A program made the position numbers and the translations under genes. Positions 1 to 7,578 of a stretch of DNA of 15,308 nucleotides are shown here, in pieces. The notes under the pieces were generated by a model. The model saw only the letters and a list, made by a program, of their open reading frames with translations. It was not told where the DNA came from and did no database searches. This stretch comes from an uncultured archaeon (GTDB taxonomy: Archaea; Asgardarchaeota; Heimdallarchaeia; Heimdallarchaeales; Kariarchaeaceae), in NCBI GenBank assembly GCA_964645535.1, contig CAZYCQ010000067.1:1-15308 (forward strand). Reading direction: 5' to 3'. Every line of letters begins with the position of its first letter. The first letter of the stretch is position 1.

Positions 1-2
1 AT

Positions 3-52
3 ATTATATAATATTATATATTTCCGGTTCTCATTATATATTTTTATATAAT
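3..52. repeat. AT-rich ATTATATA repeat cluster (3 direct copies + 1 inverted)
   Basis: ATTATATA at 3-10, 13-20 and 33-40; its reverse complement TATATAAT at 45-52. Confidence 0.6.
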
Positions 53-143
53 CTCTGAAAAACCGATCTAAGGCTGATTGTAGGCTCTAATAACAATTTA
101 ATTCAGAATTTGAAACAATGTCTGTCTTAACCTTTTTGAAAAC

Positions 144-584
144 TTAAGCCATCCTTCCCCGTGCCAAAGACCATTTTGCTTGGATCACACGTATAACATC
201 GAAATAAGTGGATGAATCTGCTGTGGCCAAAATTTGAGGTGGTGAAGATGCTCCACTCAATTCAACAGTCACTTCAACCTTGTCATTACCTATAGGAACA
301 CGAATGAGTGCCGTCACCCCATCGATTGATTCAAATTCGCCAGTTATTGCCAAAATTTTCTTTAAAATAGATTCATAGTCGTAAAATTTCTCTTCCTGAA
401 TTTCAATCAATATAGAATTTTCTATAAACCGTCCATTCCCTCTAGAATCATTGAATTCTTGCTCTAACGCAGAAGCAACCGCACTTACGTTTTGGAGGTC
501 AATTTGAAGAGTTATGACTTCACCAAGGCTGGAAAGCAACCCTATATCGGTTGCCAACATTTTCAATTTCTGTAGTGTTCCCAT
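144..584 (-). CDS. Hypothetical protein (146 aa, MGTLQKLKMLATDIG...WSLARGRMA)
   Basis: C-terminal part of the 144..782 ORF. ATG at 584 is preceded by a strong SD (GGAGGT-TTGCAA-ATG). The longer start would overlap the upstream gene. No family recognised. Confidence 0.75.
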   Translation of the reverse strand: MGTLQKLKMLATDIGLLSSLGEVITLQIDLQNVSAVASALEQEFNDSRGNGRFIENSILIEIQEEKFYDYESILKKILAITGEFESIDGVTALIRVPIGNDKVEVTVELSGASSPPQILATADSSTYFDVIRVIQAKWSLARGRMA

Positions 585-720
585 TTGCAAACCTCCTGAA
601 TGTGATGAATCTAAAATACGATTCACACCGTTCATTTTAAACCTAAGTGAATTCAAAAAAACATCCAAAATCATTTGGGCAAAAGGCATTGAAAATTGGA
701 TGGAGATAATGGTAAACGAT

Positions 721-1092
721 CTACCAAGAAGAATAGAGGATTTCAATATTCTCAAGGACTTTTTCGATGAACTTACTCGCAAACGTGTGGAGTAGCTTTC
801 TTTCCTCTTTTTTCGCTATAATTTGGAGATAGTATTCAATCTGATCAATGAGGGCATGTAAAATGGCTTCTACTCTGGATAGTTCTAAATGGGCTCGGGT
901 TTCATCGAAACCAACCTTGTTCTCAATGATTTCCATTGCATCAATGATTGAAACTCCTGCTTCTTCCATCAATATGGAAATTGTATCTTCCTTATCGAAG
1001 GTTGTCATGAATATCAGGGACTTTATGTTCCTGAGGATCTCTTCCATCGCATCCAGATTGCTCATGACCCTTTCCTTCTTTTTTGTGTCCAC
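721..1092 (-). CDS. Hypothetical alpha-helical protein (123 aa)
   Basis: GTG start with purine-rich AAGGAGAAAGATAGGAT upstream; protein-like charged/helical composition; divergent from purB. Confidence 0.7.
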   Translation of the reverse strand: MDTKKKERVMSNLDAMEEILRNIKSLIFMTTFDKEDTISILMEEAGVSIIDAMEIIENKVGFDETRAHLELSRVEAILHALIDQIEYYLQIIAKKEERKLLHTFASKFIEKVLENIEILYSSW

Positions 1093-1170
1093 ATCCTATC
1101 TTTCTCCTTGTCTATTGTTAAGGGTTAGTAAATTATATTGGTCAATGTTATATTTTCTTTGCCGAACAAA

Positions 1171-1187
1171 ACGAGAACCTATTTAAG
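1171..1187 (+). promoter_or_regulatory. Archaeal BRE/TATA promoter of purB
   Basis: ACGAGAACC-TATTTAAG ending 20 nt before the GTG at 1208; no SD, consistent with a leaderless or near-leaderless mRNA. Confidence 0.55.
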
Positions 1188-1207
1188 TCGCAATACTTCT
1201 CTGCCTT

Positions 1208-2491
1208 GTGTGGTCTGAAGGTTATTCAAGATATAGGACCCCGATAGCAGAGATTTTCAATCCGGAAACTAAATTGGAACTCCAAATGAGGGTGGAGATT
1301 GCTCTTGCTCAGGTTCAGGAGCAATTGGGTATGATTCCTGCTGGCGTGGCTGAACAAATTGCACATGCCGCAAAAAATGTAAAACTAAACCGAGTTTTGG
1401 AAATTGAACGTGAAATACATCATGATCTGATGGCGATGGTCAAGGCTTTGGCCGAACAAGCCGGAGAGGCCGGAGAATTTGTCCATTTCACTGCGACTTC
1501 CATGGATATCCAGGATACTGTACTGGCTCTTCAAATGGTTCAAGCAAGGAAAGTATTGATGGAAGAACTAGAAAAACTGCGTTCAGTGCTGCGGGAGTTA
1601 ACCCAAAAATACCGTGATGTCCCTTGTGTCGGAAGAACCCATGGACAATTTGCTGTTCCAACAACAGTAGGATTCAAATTTGCAAATTTCCTATTTGAGC
1701 TATCATTTGCAATTGAAAATCTGAAAATGGCTGAGATTGATTATGCCAAAATTTCAGGTGCAGTCGGAAATTATGCATCTTCTATGCGGCTGGATTTGGA
1801 AAAGCTTGTCTTGGAAAAATTGGGATTGAGGCCTATCCCAATTTCAACTCAAGTGGTCACAAGATTGGTTCATTCAAAACTTATTTTTGCCCTTGCAAGC
1901 ATAGGTGCAGTATTGGAAAGGTTGGCCAAAGAAATACGGCATCTTCAACGGAGTGAAATACAGGAATGGTTTGAACCTCGTGTCAAGACACAGGTTGGCA
2001 GTTCAGCAATGCCGCACAAGCGAAACCCGCACAAATCCGAAAGAATCAATGGACTTGCCCGTATTCTTCGTGCAAATGTCAATGTGGCAATGGAAAACAT
2101 CGCACTTGAACATGAACGAGACATAACAAACTCTGCACCTGAAAGGTTAATAATCCCTGAGAATTTTATTGTACTTCACTATATGGTACGGCAGATGATA
2201 CTCATCCTTGAAGGTTTGGAGATCAACACGGAACAACTAACACGCAATCTTGAAAAAGCATCCGTCAGCAGATCTGAACAGATCCTGAAATTGCTCGTTG
2301 AAAAAGTGGGGCGCCAGACGGGTCATGAACTTCTCCGTCAACATGTTGAAGCTGATAATTTCAAAGAATCTGTTCTAAACGATAAACGTATCACTGATTT
2401 GCTCGGCAAGGAAAAGTTGAAGGAAATTTTTGATGAAATAAATGTGGGTCTTGCTCCCCAAAAATGTGACTACATTCTCGAAACCTATTAA
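1208..2491 (+). CDS. purB: Adenylosuccinate lyase
   Basis: Fumarase/lyase signature GSSAMPHKRNP, catalytic GRTHGQ, HHDLMA, HFTATSMDIQDT, AKISGAVGNY and HERDITNSAPER motifs; 427 aa. Confidence 0.96.
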   Translation: MWSEGYSRYRTPIAEIFNPETKLELQMRVEIALAQVQEQLGMIPAGVAEQIAHAAKNVKLNRVLEIEREIHHDLMAMVKALAEQAGEAGEFVHFTATSMDIQDTVLALQMVQARKVLMEELEKLRSVLRELTQKYRDVPCVGRTHGQFAVPTTVGFKFANFLFELSFAIENLKMAEIDYAKISGAVGNYASSMRLDLEKLVLEKLGLRPIPISTQVVTRLVHSKLIFALASIGAVLERLAKEIRHLQRSEIQEWFEPRVKTQVGSSAMPHKRNPHKSERINGLARILRANVNVAMENIALEHERDITNSAPERLIIPENFIVLHYMVRQMILILEGLEINTEQLTRNLEKASVSRSEQILKLLVEKVGRQTGHELLRQHVEADNFKESVLNDKRITDLLGKEKLKEIFDEINVGLAPQKCDYILETY

Positions 2492-2513
2492 TTTGCTATA
2501 ATATCACTGAGTT

Positions 2514-2577
2514 TGACTGCTATTGTCATGGTGCTCTTTTGAGTGGTTTACGATGAAAAAGAGATTCATAGCAGTCA
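2514..2577. other. Two-stem hairpin in the purB downstream intergenic region
   Basis: Perfect 10-bp inverted repeat TGACTGCTAT (2514-2523) / ATAGCAGTCA (2568-2577) enclosing a 7-bp stem CTCTTTT (2534-2540) / AAAAGAG (2557-2563). Confidence 0.55.
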
Positions 2578-2628
2578 TTATCTTCATTTCGAAGAAAGTT
2601 ATGCTAAATTCATTCTCTACAACGTAAG

Positions 2629-2636
2629 TATAAATA
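2629..2636 (+). promoter_or_regulatory. TATA box for the 2658 gene
   Basis: TATAAATA ending 21 nt before the GTG at 2658. Confidence 0.55.
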
Positions 2637-2657
2637 ACAGGATGCTAGATTTTCAGT

Positions 2658-3677
2658 GTGGCATCAGAAAAAAAACCATGCTGGAACTGTGGTCATTCAG
2701 TTGGTGAAAATGATGTTGTCTGTGAAAATTGTGGAATGGGACTGTTGATAGAAGAGGAGACAAAGGAAGAGACAACTATCGATGAACTGGATGCCCTCCT
2801 AGAAGATGTTGACGACATTTCCATTGGCTCGTTTGATGAAGAACTTGATTCCATTCTTGAAGAAACAACTGAGGACTTTGATATTGATGTCCTACTTTCT
2901 GACGATTCAGACACATTGGAACCTGAAACACCCCCTACTACTCAACATCACGAACCGCAAGAATCACAAGAATTCAGGGTAGAGGATCGGAACCTTCCAG
3001 ATATGTTGGAAAACATTTCAAAGGTAAAAGAAGAGAGTCTAGAGGCAGATGAAGTGTTTGTGGCGGAACCTCAAACTTCCACCATTTCCGTCCCGGAAAT
3101 TCCTTCCTTCGAGGATTTCCAAGAAAAAGAAGAGGTCGTGGAAGTTGAACAGGAATTGGTTGTCCCTAAGAAAAAAAGTGGTCGAAATCTTAGGATTCTG
3201 GTCTCACTGTTTTCTCAATATGTATATTGGTCGTTTATCTTTATTCTTCTCGGTGTTCTTTCAATAGATCTTAATGATCCCAATGTCGTCATCCCAGATA
3301 TTCTTCCTCTCTATAACCTTGGCTTTGATGTGATCACCTTGAGTCCCCACCTCTACTTTGGGGTCGGGGTGTTTTTTCCGATGGGATGGTTTTTCCGTTA
3401 CAAATTGAAACAATGGAATTCTTCCCCTTCAATCTTGAAAGGACTTCTGTTTCTTATTGGTCAATTTGTATTCCATTCCATTTTCATTTTTGCCCTCCTT
3501 CTGCTTAATCCCGGCGTGGTTTTCTCCCTATATCTTTTGGCTTCATGGTTTTCAATGCTTGTATCAATATTTGTTGGTGGTTTATTGACGTTCTTTTTCG
3601 GCTACAGGTTCTTCTTTGAACAAATTTATGAAATGACCCCTGCTTCCCGTTTGGAGGAATTGGAGGCTGTTAGTTAA
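2658..3677 (+). CDS. Zinc-ribbon / acidic-linker / multi-pass membrane protein
   Basis: N-terminal CWNC-x10-CENC zinc ribbon, a long D/E-rich low-complexity region, then about 4 hydrophobic segments after a basic KKKSGR patch. Confidence 0.8.
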   Translation: MASEKKPCWNCGHSVGENDVVCENCGMGLLIEEETKEETTIDELDALLEDVDDISIGSFDEELDSILEETTEDFDIDVLLSDDSDTLEPETPPTTQHHEPQESQEFRVEDRNLPDMLENISKVKEESLEADEVFVAEPQTSTISVPEIPSFEDFQEKEEVVEVEQELVVPKKKSGRNLRILVSLFSQYVYWSFIFILLGVLSIDLNDPNVVIPDILPLYNLGFDVITLSPHLYFGVGVFFPMGWFFRYKLKQWNSSPSILKGLLFLIGQFVFHSIFIFALLLLNPGVVFSLYLLASWFSMLVSIFVGGLLTFFFGYRFFFEQIYEMTPASRLEELEAVS

Positions 3678-4054
3678 TATCCATTGAGCACATTTGCCAA
3701 TTGCTTGCTTAATTGTTTAATGTTCATTTCCCTTAACCCAGGTGTCTCTGAAGTATCTGTTATGACAACAAGATGGTATCTGTCATTGATTTGGCGGACA
3801 TATATATAATGGTTCTCTTCTTGAATTGTGGTTGAGATGAGCTTGAACTGATCTCCAAGCAATGCTCGAAGGGTTTGGACAGCAAGATCGATTATTTTTG
3901 CGGAAGTGCCTTGGATGATCCCTCTATCAAACGATTGAGAAGCTTCGGCCATAACAAGAGCTTGGTTTGTGTCAATTACACTTGACCCGAGTATCCCTTC
4001 AGTTTTTTCTTCGAATGTTTTCAATATTTCTTCCAGTTTGTTTCCAACAGACAT
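3674..4054 (-). CDS. Roadblock/LC7 (MglB/LAMTOR2-like) domain protein (126 aa)
   Basis: Pattern LEEILKTFEEKTEGILGSSVIDTNQALVMA...TTIQEENHYIYVRQINDRYHLVVITD...PGLREMNIKQLSKQL fits the alpha-beta-beta-alpha-beta-beta-beta-alpha roadblock fold. ATG 4054 is preferred to GTG 4072 because of the TATA-like GTTTAAAT at 4090-4083. Confidence 0.85.
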   Translation of the reverse strand: MSVGNKLEEILKTFEEKTEGILGSSVIDTNQALVMAEASQSFDRGIIQGTSAKIIDLAVQTLRALLGDQFKLISTTIQEENHYIYVRQINDRYHLVVITDTSETPGLREMNIKQLSKQLANVLNGY

Positions 4055-4213
4055 TTCTACACTCTCGTACACTTACTGAAAAATTTAAACAATTTGTTTT
4101 CAATTCATTCATTCAATAAGTTTCGTACTTAATGTTCCCCTAAATTTACATTTTAAGACAAATTCGCATTTGAATTTGAGAGAGTTAATTAATTGTTCGT
4201 GAAATGGCAATTG

Positions 4214-5611
4214 ATGACCTATCTTGAATCTGCCATTGCGGACTTTACCAAATCTGTGTTAACTGACGGTCTTCGTACCTTATTCACGCGACAATATCTT
4301 CCCTACACGATTACGGCGGTTTCATTCATTGTTTTCAATTCAATCGTGTCCTTGTCCGGGAACCTTTTTGGCATTCAACTTGATGATACTTCCGTTGATC
4401 TTCTTCTAGCTTTCGAAGTTGCTTTAGGTGTAGCATTCGTGTTTACCGGTATCTTGGTTTCACGATTCGAAAAGTATTGGTTGGATCTGTTATCCATCTT
4501 CATCATTTCTTTAGCTTTCTTTTTCCTTGTTGATCAAAATATTGTTACAATTGAACAAGTAGGCGTAATTGCGGGGTTCCTGTTCATCATGTGGACTATT
4601 GTTGCTACAATATCTCAATACACTTTTTTCAGGGATTTGTTCGGACATTACGTTTTTGGAGGGATACTGTTTTTTGGAAAACCTGAAGATGATGGGAAGG
4701 TACTTTTTGATGGAACCATTGGTGTGATTACATTAATCAATATTGCCCTTGGTTATCTTATTTTTAGGCATGATCAAACAAATAAATCATTGCAATATTT
4801 GGGCATGCTGATTATTATTGGAGGAATCCTGAATATTTTGCCATTGCTCCACATTCAAAGCAAAGGTGATGTTTTCTTTACAGCCCTGACTTGGTTCTAC
4901 GCTTTGAATACTATCCGAACAGTTAGCATTGTCCTCCAGATTTTTGTCTTTAATAGCCAAGGCAATGGATCATCAATCGTTGAAACTGTCTTCACCCTTT
5001 TCATGGTTCTATTTGCAGTTCACAAGGCAGCACAACAGAGTGTGAAGATAGGGAAGAAACTATCAGAGATGACGGACTATGAGTATGAAGCATCCATGAA
5101 GACCCGCCCGGATCTTGGAATATTTCGTTTAATTGGTCGCCTGTTTGGTGATCAGGGAGTTGTTCTTTTGATCTTGGGATTTGTTGTGGGCTATCATGCT
5201 ACACAGGTTCAGATACGTCTGGGATCTGACAATCTATTGAATATTATCCCGATTAACCAAGGATTGAATCCTCGGATCTGGAGCAACGAAATCGCCTTGA
5301 TTACGGCGTTGGGAATCTATTTGGCCACTATTTTCCTTTATCTTTTATTCCCCCGGTTCAGAAGATACGCCTCTCCTGAAATCTACCGTGCACCTTGGGC
5401 TCCTCCCTATGAAGAGGCAAAATTACTTATCCAAGCCATTCGGGAAGGAAAAATCGATTATAAGACAGATCTATTGAAAATGACTGCAAATTTAGCGAAA
5501 GATCAGCTAAGCAAAAAATTGTTGGGCAGAAAAGTTGATCATGAACGAACAATTGCAGGAACTCTCCGTCGATTGATCAATAAAAGTAAGCGCGAAAAAG
5601 ATGACAAATAA
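4214..5611 (+). CDS. Uncharacterised polytopic membrane protein (about 10 TM) with a basic soluble C-terminal tail
   Basis: Many hydrophobic segments. ATG 4214 lies 21 nt after TTAATTAA (4185-4192). Tail includes PEIYRAPWAPPYEEAK...INKSKREKDDK. Confidence 0.8.
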   Translation: MTYLESAIADFTKSVLTDGLRTLFTRQYLPYTITAVSFIVFNSIVSLSGNLFGIQLDDTSVDLLLAFEVALGVAFVFTGILVSRFEKYWLDLLSIFIISLAFFFLVDQNIVTIEQVGVIAGFLFIMWTIVATISQYTFFRDLFGHYVFGGILFFGKPEDDGKVLFDGTIGVITLINIALGYLIFRHDQTNKSLQYLGMLIIIGGILNILPLLHIQSKGDVFFTALTWFYALNTIRTVSIVLQIFVFNSQGNGSSIVETVFTLFMVLFAVHKAAQQSVKIGKKLSEMTDYEYEASMKTRPDLGIFRLIGRLFGDQGVVLLILGFVVGYHATQVQIRLGSDNLLNIIPINQGLNPRIWSNEIALITALGIYLATIFLYLLFPRFRRYASPEIYRAPWAPPYEEAKLLIQAIREGKIDYKTDLLKMTANLAKDQLSKKLLGRKVDHERTIAGTLRRLINKSKREKDDK

Positions 5612-5678
5612 ATATGGGTTTATAAGTCTTTCTTGAACAATTATAAATACTTCCTCGTCAAAGAAGATTTGGTAACCG

Positions 5679-6506
5679 ATGCTCGAGTTCAAAGTTTTCA
5701 TAGACCGAAAGAAGAATAGGGCTGATCCATTTGAGGTCCTGCTGAAGCAAATCAGCGATGCATTGAATACTGATCAATTCTCCTATGAAATTTTCGACAT
5801 CAATAACAAGGAGGCAAGGGACATTGCTGTCCAAATTGGACTCGAAGAAGTCCCCGCGGTTCTTGTGAATAAAACAAAAATTAGTGGACAGTTAAATGAA
5901 TACTTCCTTCAAGCCATCGTCTCCCAAATTTTTGGTGGTGGAAGGGATCAAACTCTAAGCAAATTCACCTTGGAGGGTGATGATGCAACAACAAAGCTAT
6001 ATGCTGCATCTGAATTCATTTTCCATAAGGCTTTGATGAGGGAAGACACTGACAGTTTCTTGTTCCTTATCAGAGAAACTCCTGACAAATTCAACATTCT
6101 TGAATTGAAGAAAGCCATCGAGAAAGGGACAACAATCTTTCTGTTGACCAATTTCGAAAAAGGAACAAATGGGGCAGTGGTTGCCGAATTGGGTTCACAT
6201 GATAACGTTTTGGTTGGCCATATCATGAGAGACAATATGCACATGACCATGTCTATAACCATCCGAAAGAACCGTCCTTTCTTTGGCTCCTTCGTTCGAG
6301 CAAAATTCCAAGATGGTGTCTGGAAGGGGCTTTGGTCTCCTTTACTCCATGACACCGTCAGTGAATTGAAAAAATTCTATCTCCCATTGTTCTCTACTGC
6401 ATCCCCTGTACAATTGGATGGGACATTACCTGATCCTCCTGAAACCAATAGGGTGGTTGCCAAGGTCAAGGACAATGTAGAAAAGATCAAAACCCTATTC
6501 TTTTAA
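5679..6506 (+). CDS. Thioredoxin-fold (no CxxC) domain fused to a PLD/TrmB-like domain
   Basis: N-terminal YEIFDI...AVQIGLEEVPAVLVNKTKISG resembles small archaeal thioredoxins (cis-Pro VP) but the protein has no Cys. C-terminal ELKKAIEKGTTIFLLTN...NMHMTMSI...FFGS resembles a degenerate HKD repeat. TTATAAATA at 5641-5649. Confidence 0.65.
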   Translation: MLEFKVFIDRKKNRADPFEVLLKQISDALNTDQFSYEIFDINNKEARDIAVQIGLEEVPAVLVNKTKISGQLNEYFLQAIVSQIFGGGRDQTLSKFTLEGDDATTKLYAASEFIFHKALMREDTDSFLFLIRETPDKFNILELKKAIEKGTTIFLLTNFEKGTNGAVVAELGSHDNVLVGHIMRDNMHMTMSITIRKNRPFFGSFVRAKFQDGVWKGLWSPLLHDTVSELKKFYLPLFSTASPVQLDGTLPDPPETNRVVAKVKDNVEKIKTLFF

Positions 6507-7474
6507 ATTTTCGATCTTTCCAAGAGCCTTTTCAATCCAAGAAGATCGGGATATCCATCAAAATCAAGTTGTTCTGCCAAGTCATATATTCTTTTCAAGA
6601 AATCTCGAAGTTCCTCATTCGGATCCATTTCAACAAGGAGTTTATACAGGTATTGTTCTTTGAACCCAATTAACCAACGGAATGGTTTCCCAGAATATTC
6701 TCCAAACGGCATTTTCATTTCTAGGAGGTTATCTAGCTCTTCCATTTTCTTTCTTCTTTCTTTCTGCTTAGTTTCTTCACTCGTTTCACTTTCTAATTTC
6801 ATGAGGGAAACAGGTATATCTTTTGACTCAACAATCTGCCCTATATTGCATTCTTTGCATGTATCAATTCCCCAGAAATTGAATAATCCTATTTTGCCTC
6901 TCTTATCTTTTGTGGCCAATGCCATTTCGGCAAGAATAAAACCATTTGTCATAATTTGGTGACGTTCTGCTTTTCTTAGTTTTCTATGCTTGTCAATATG
7001 TATCCACAAATTCCGTGTCTCTCCTTCAATATCCACCTGTTCAATAATTGGATCAAAAGCCACTGTAGATGGAAATGTCTTTGTGTCAACGTTGATTCGA
7101 ATTCTGTTTGTAACTGCTAATTTCACAGAAATTTCCTTTTTTGATCCGCATTCAACGCATTTAATTGATACTTTGAGCTCTTTTTCCGAATATGCTATAT
7201 CCTGCAAAAATTGCAGCAAAGTTTCCCTGACAATGAAAAAACCATTTTTTTCCCTTATCAGTTTCAGCTTTCCGGTTTCCAAATCAACTGTTTTTCCAAA
7301 GAAGGAAGCAACCTCCTGTCGTCTGAATTTGTAATCTTTTGAAACCTCTGCCAAGAAATCAGTGACTTCTTCGAAAGTGGACAAAAGCTTCAAGGACTGG
7401 ACATACCCATTGATCAATCTCATATCTTTTTCATATGCTTTTGCCCAATCCTCAAACCGTGACGTATCATTCAC
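6503..7474 (-). CDS. Hypothetical protein with two CxxC pairs and a C-terminal DUF3820 / ExoX C-terminal-like domain
   Basis: CVECG and CKECN; C-terminal MKMPFGEYSGKPFRWLIGFKEQYLYKL matches the MPFGKYKG...YL.W module. GTG start; TTTTATTA at 7511-7504. Confidence 0.7.
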   Translation of the reverse strand: MNDTSRFEDWAKAYEKDMRLINGYVQSLKLLSTFEEVTDFLAEVSKDYKFRRQEVASFFGKTVDLETGKLKLIREKNGFFIVRETLLQFLQDIAYSEKELKVSIKCVECGSKKEISVKLAVTNRIRINVDTKTFPSTVAFDPIIEQVDIEGETRNLWIHIDKHRKLRKAERHQIMTNGFILAEMALATKDKRGKIGLFNFWGIDTCKECNIGQIVESKDIPVSLMKLESETSEETKQKERRKKMEELDNLLEMKMPFGEYSGKPFRWLIGFKEQYLYKLLVEMDPNEELRDFLKRIYDLAEQLDFDGYPDLLGLKRLLERSKI

Positions 7475-7578
7475 GTAAGCTCAAACTAATGAAAGGCTTT
7501 GCATAATAAAAGGATTAAGGATTTAGAAGGTTTTCCTATCCTAAATATTAATAATTACTCTCCGAACGAGAGCTAGGA

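Noticed and set aside
602-650. Box C-like GTGATGA suggesting a C/D sRNA
   Set aside because: No properly spaced D'/D (CTGA) boxes follow.
585-782. N-terminal 66-aa extension of the 144..782 ORF
   Set aside because: Overlaps the 721..1092 gene; a strong SD marks ATG 584 as the likelier start.
514-1186. Plus-strand ORFs 514..795 and 848..1186
   Set aside because: Antisense shadows of better-supported minus-strand genes; no motifs.
2514-2580. SECIS or canonical H/ACA interpretation of the hairpin
   Set aside because: No in-frame TGA-readthrough candidate nearby, no 5' AUGA/3' GA quartet, and no ACA box after the stem.
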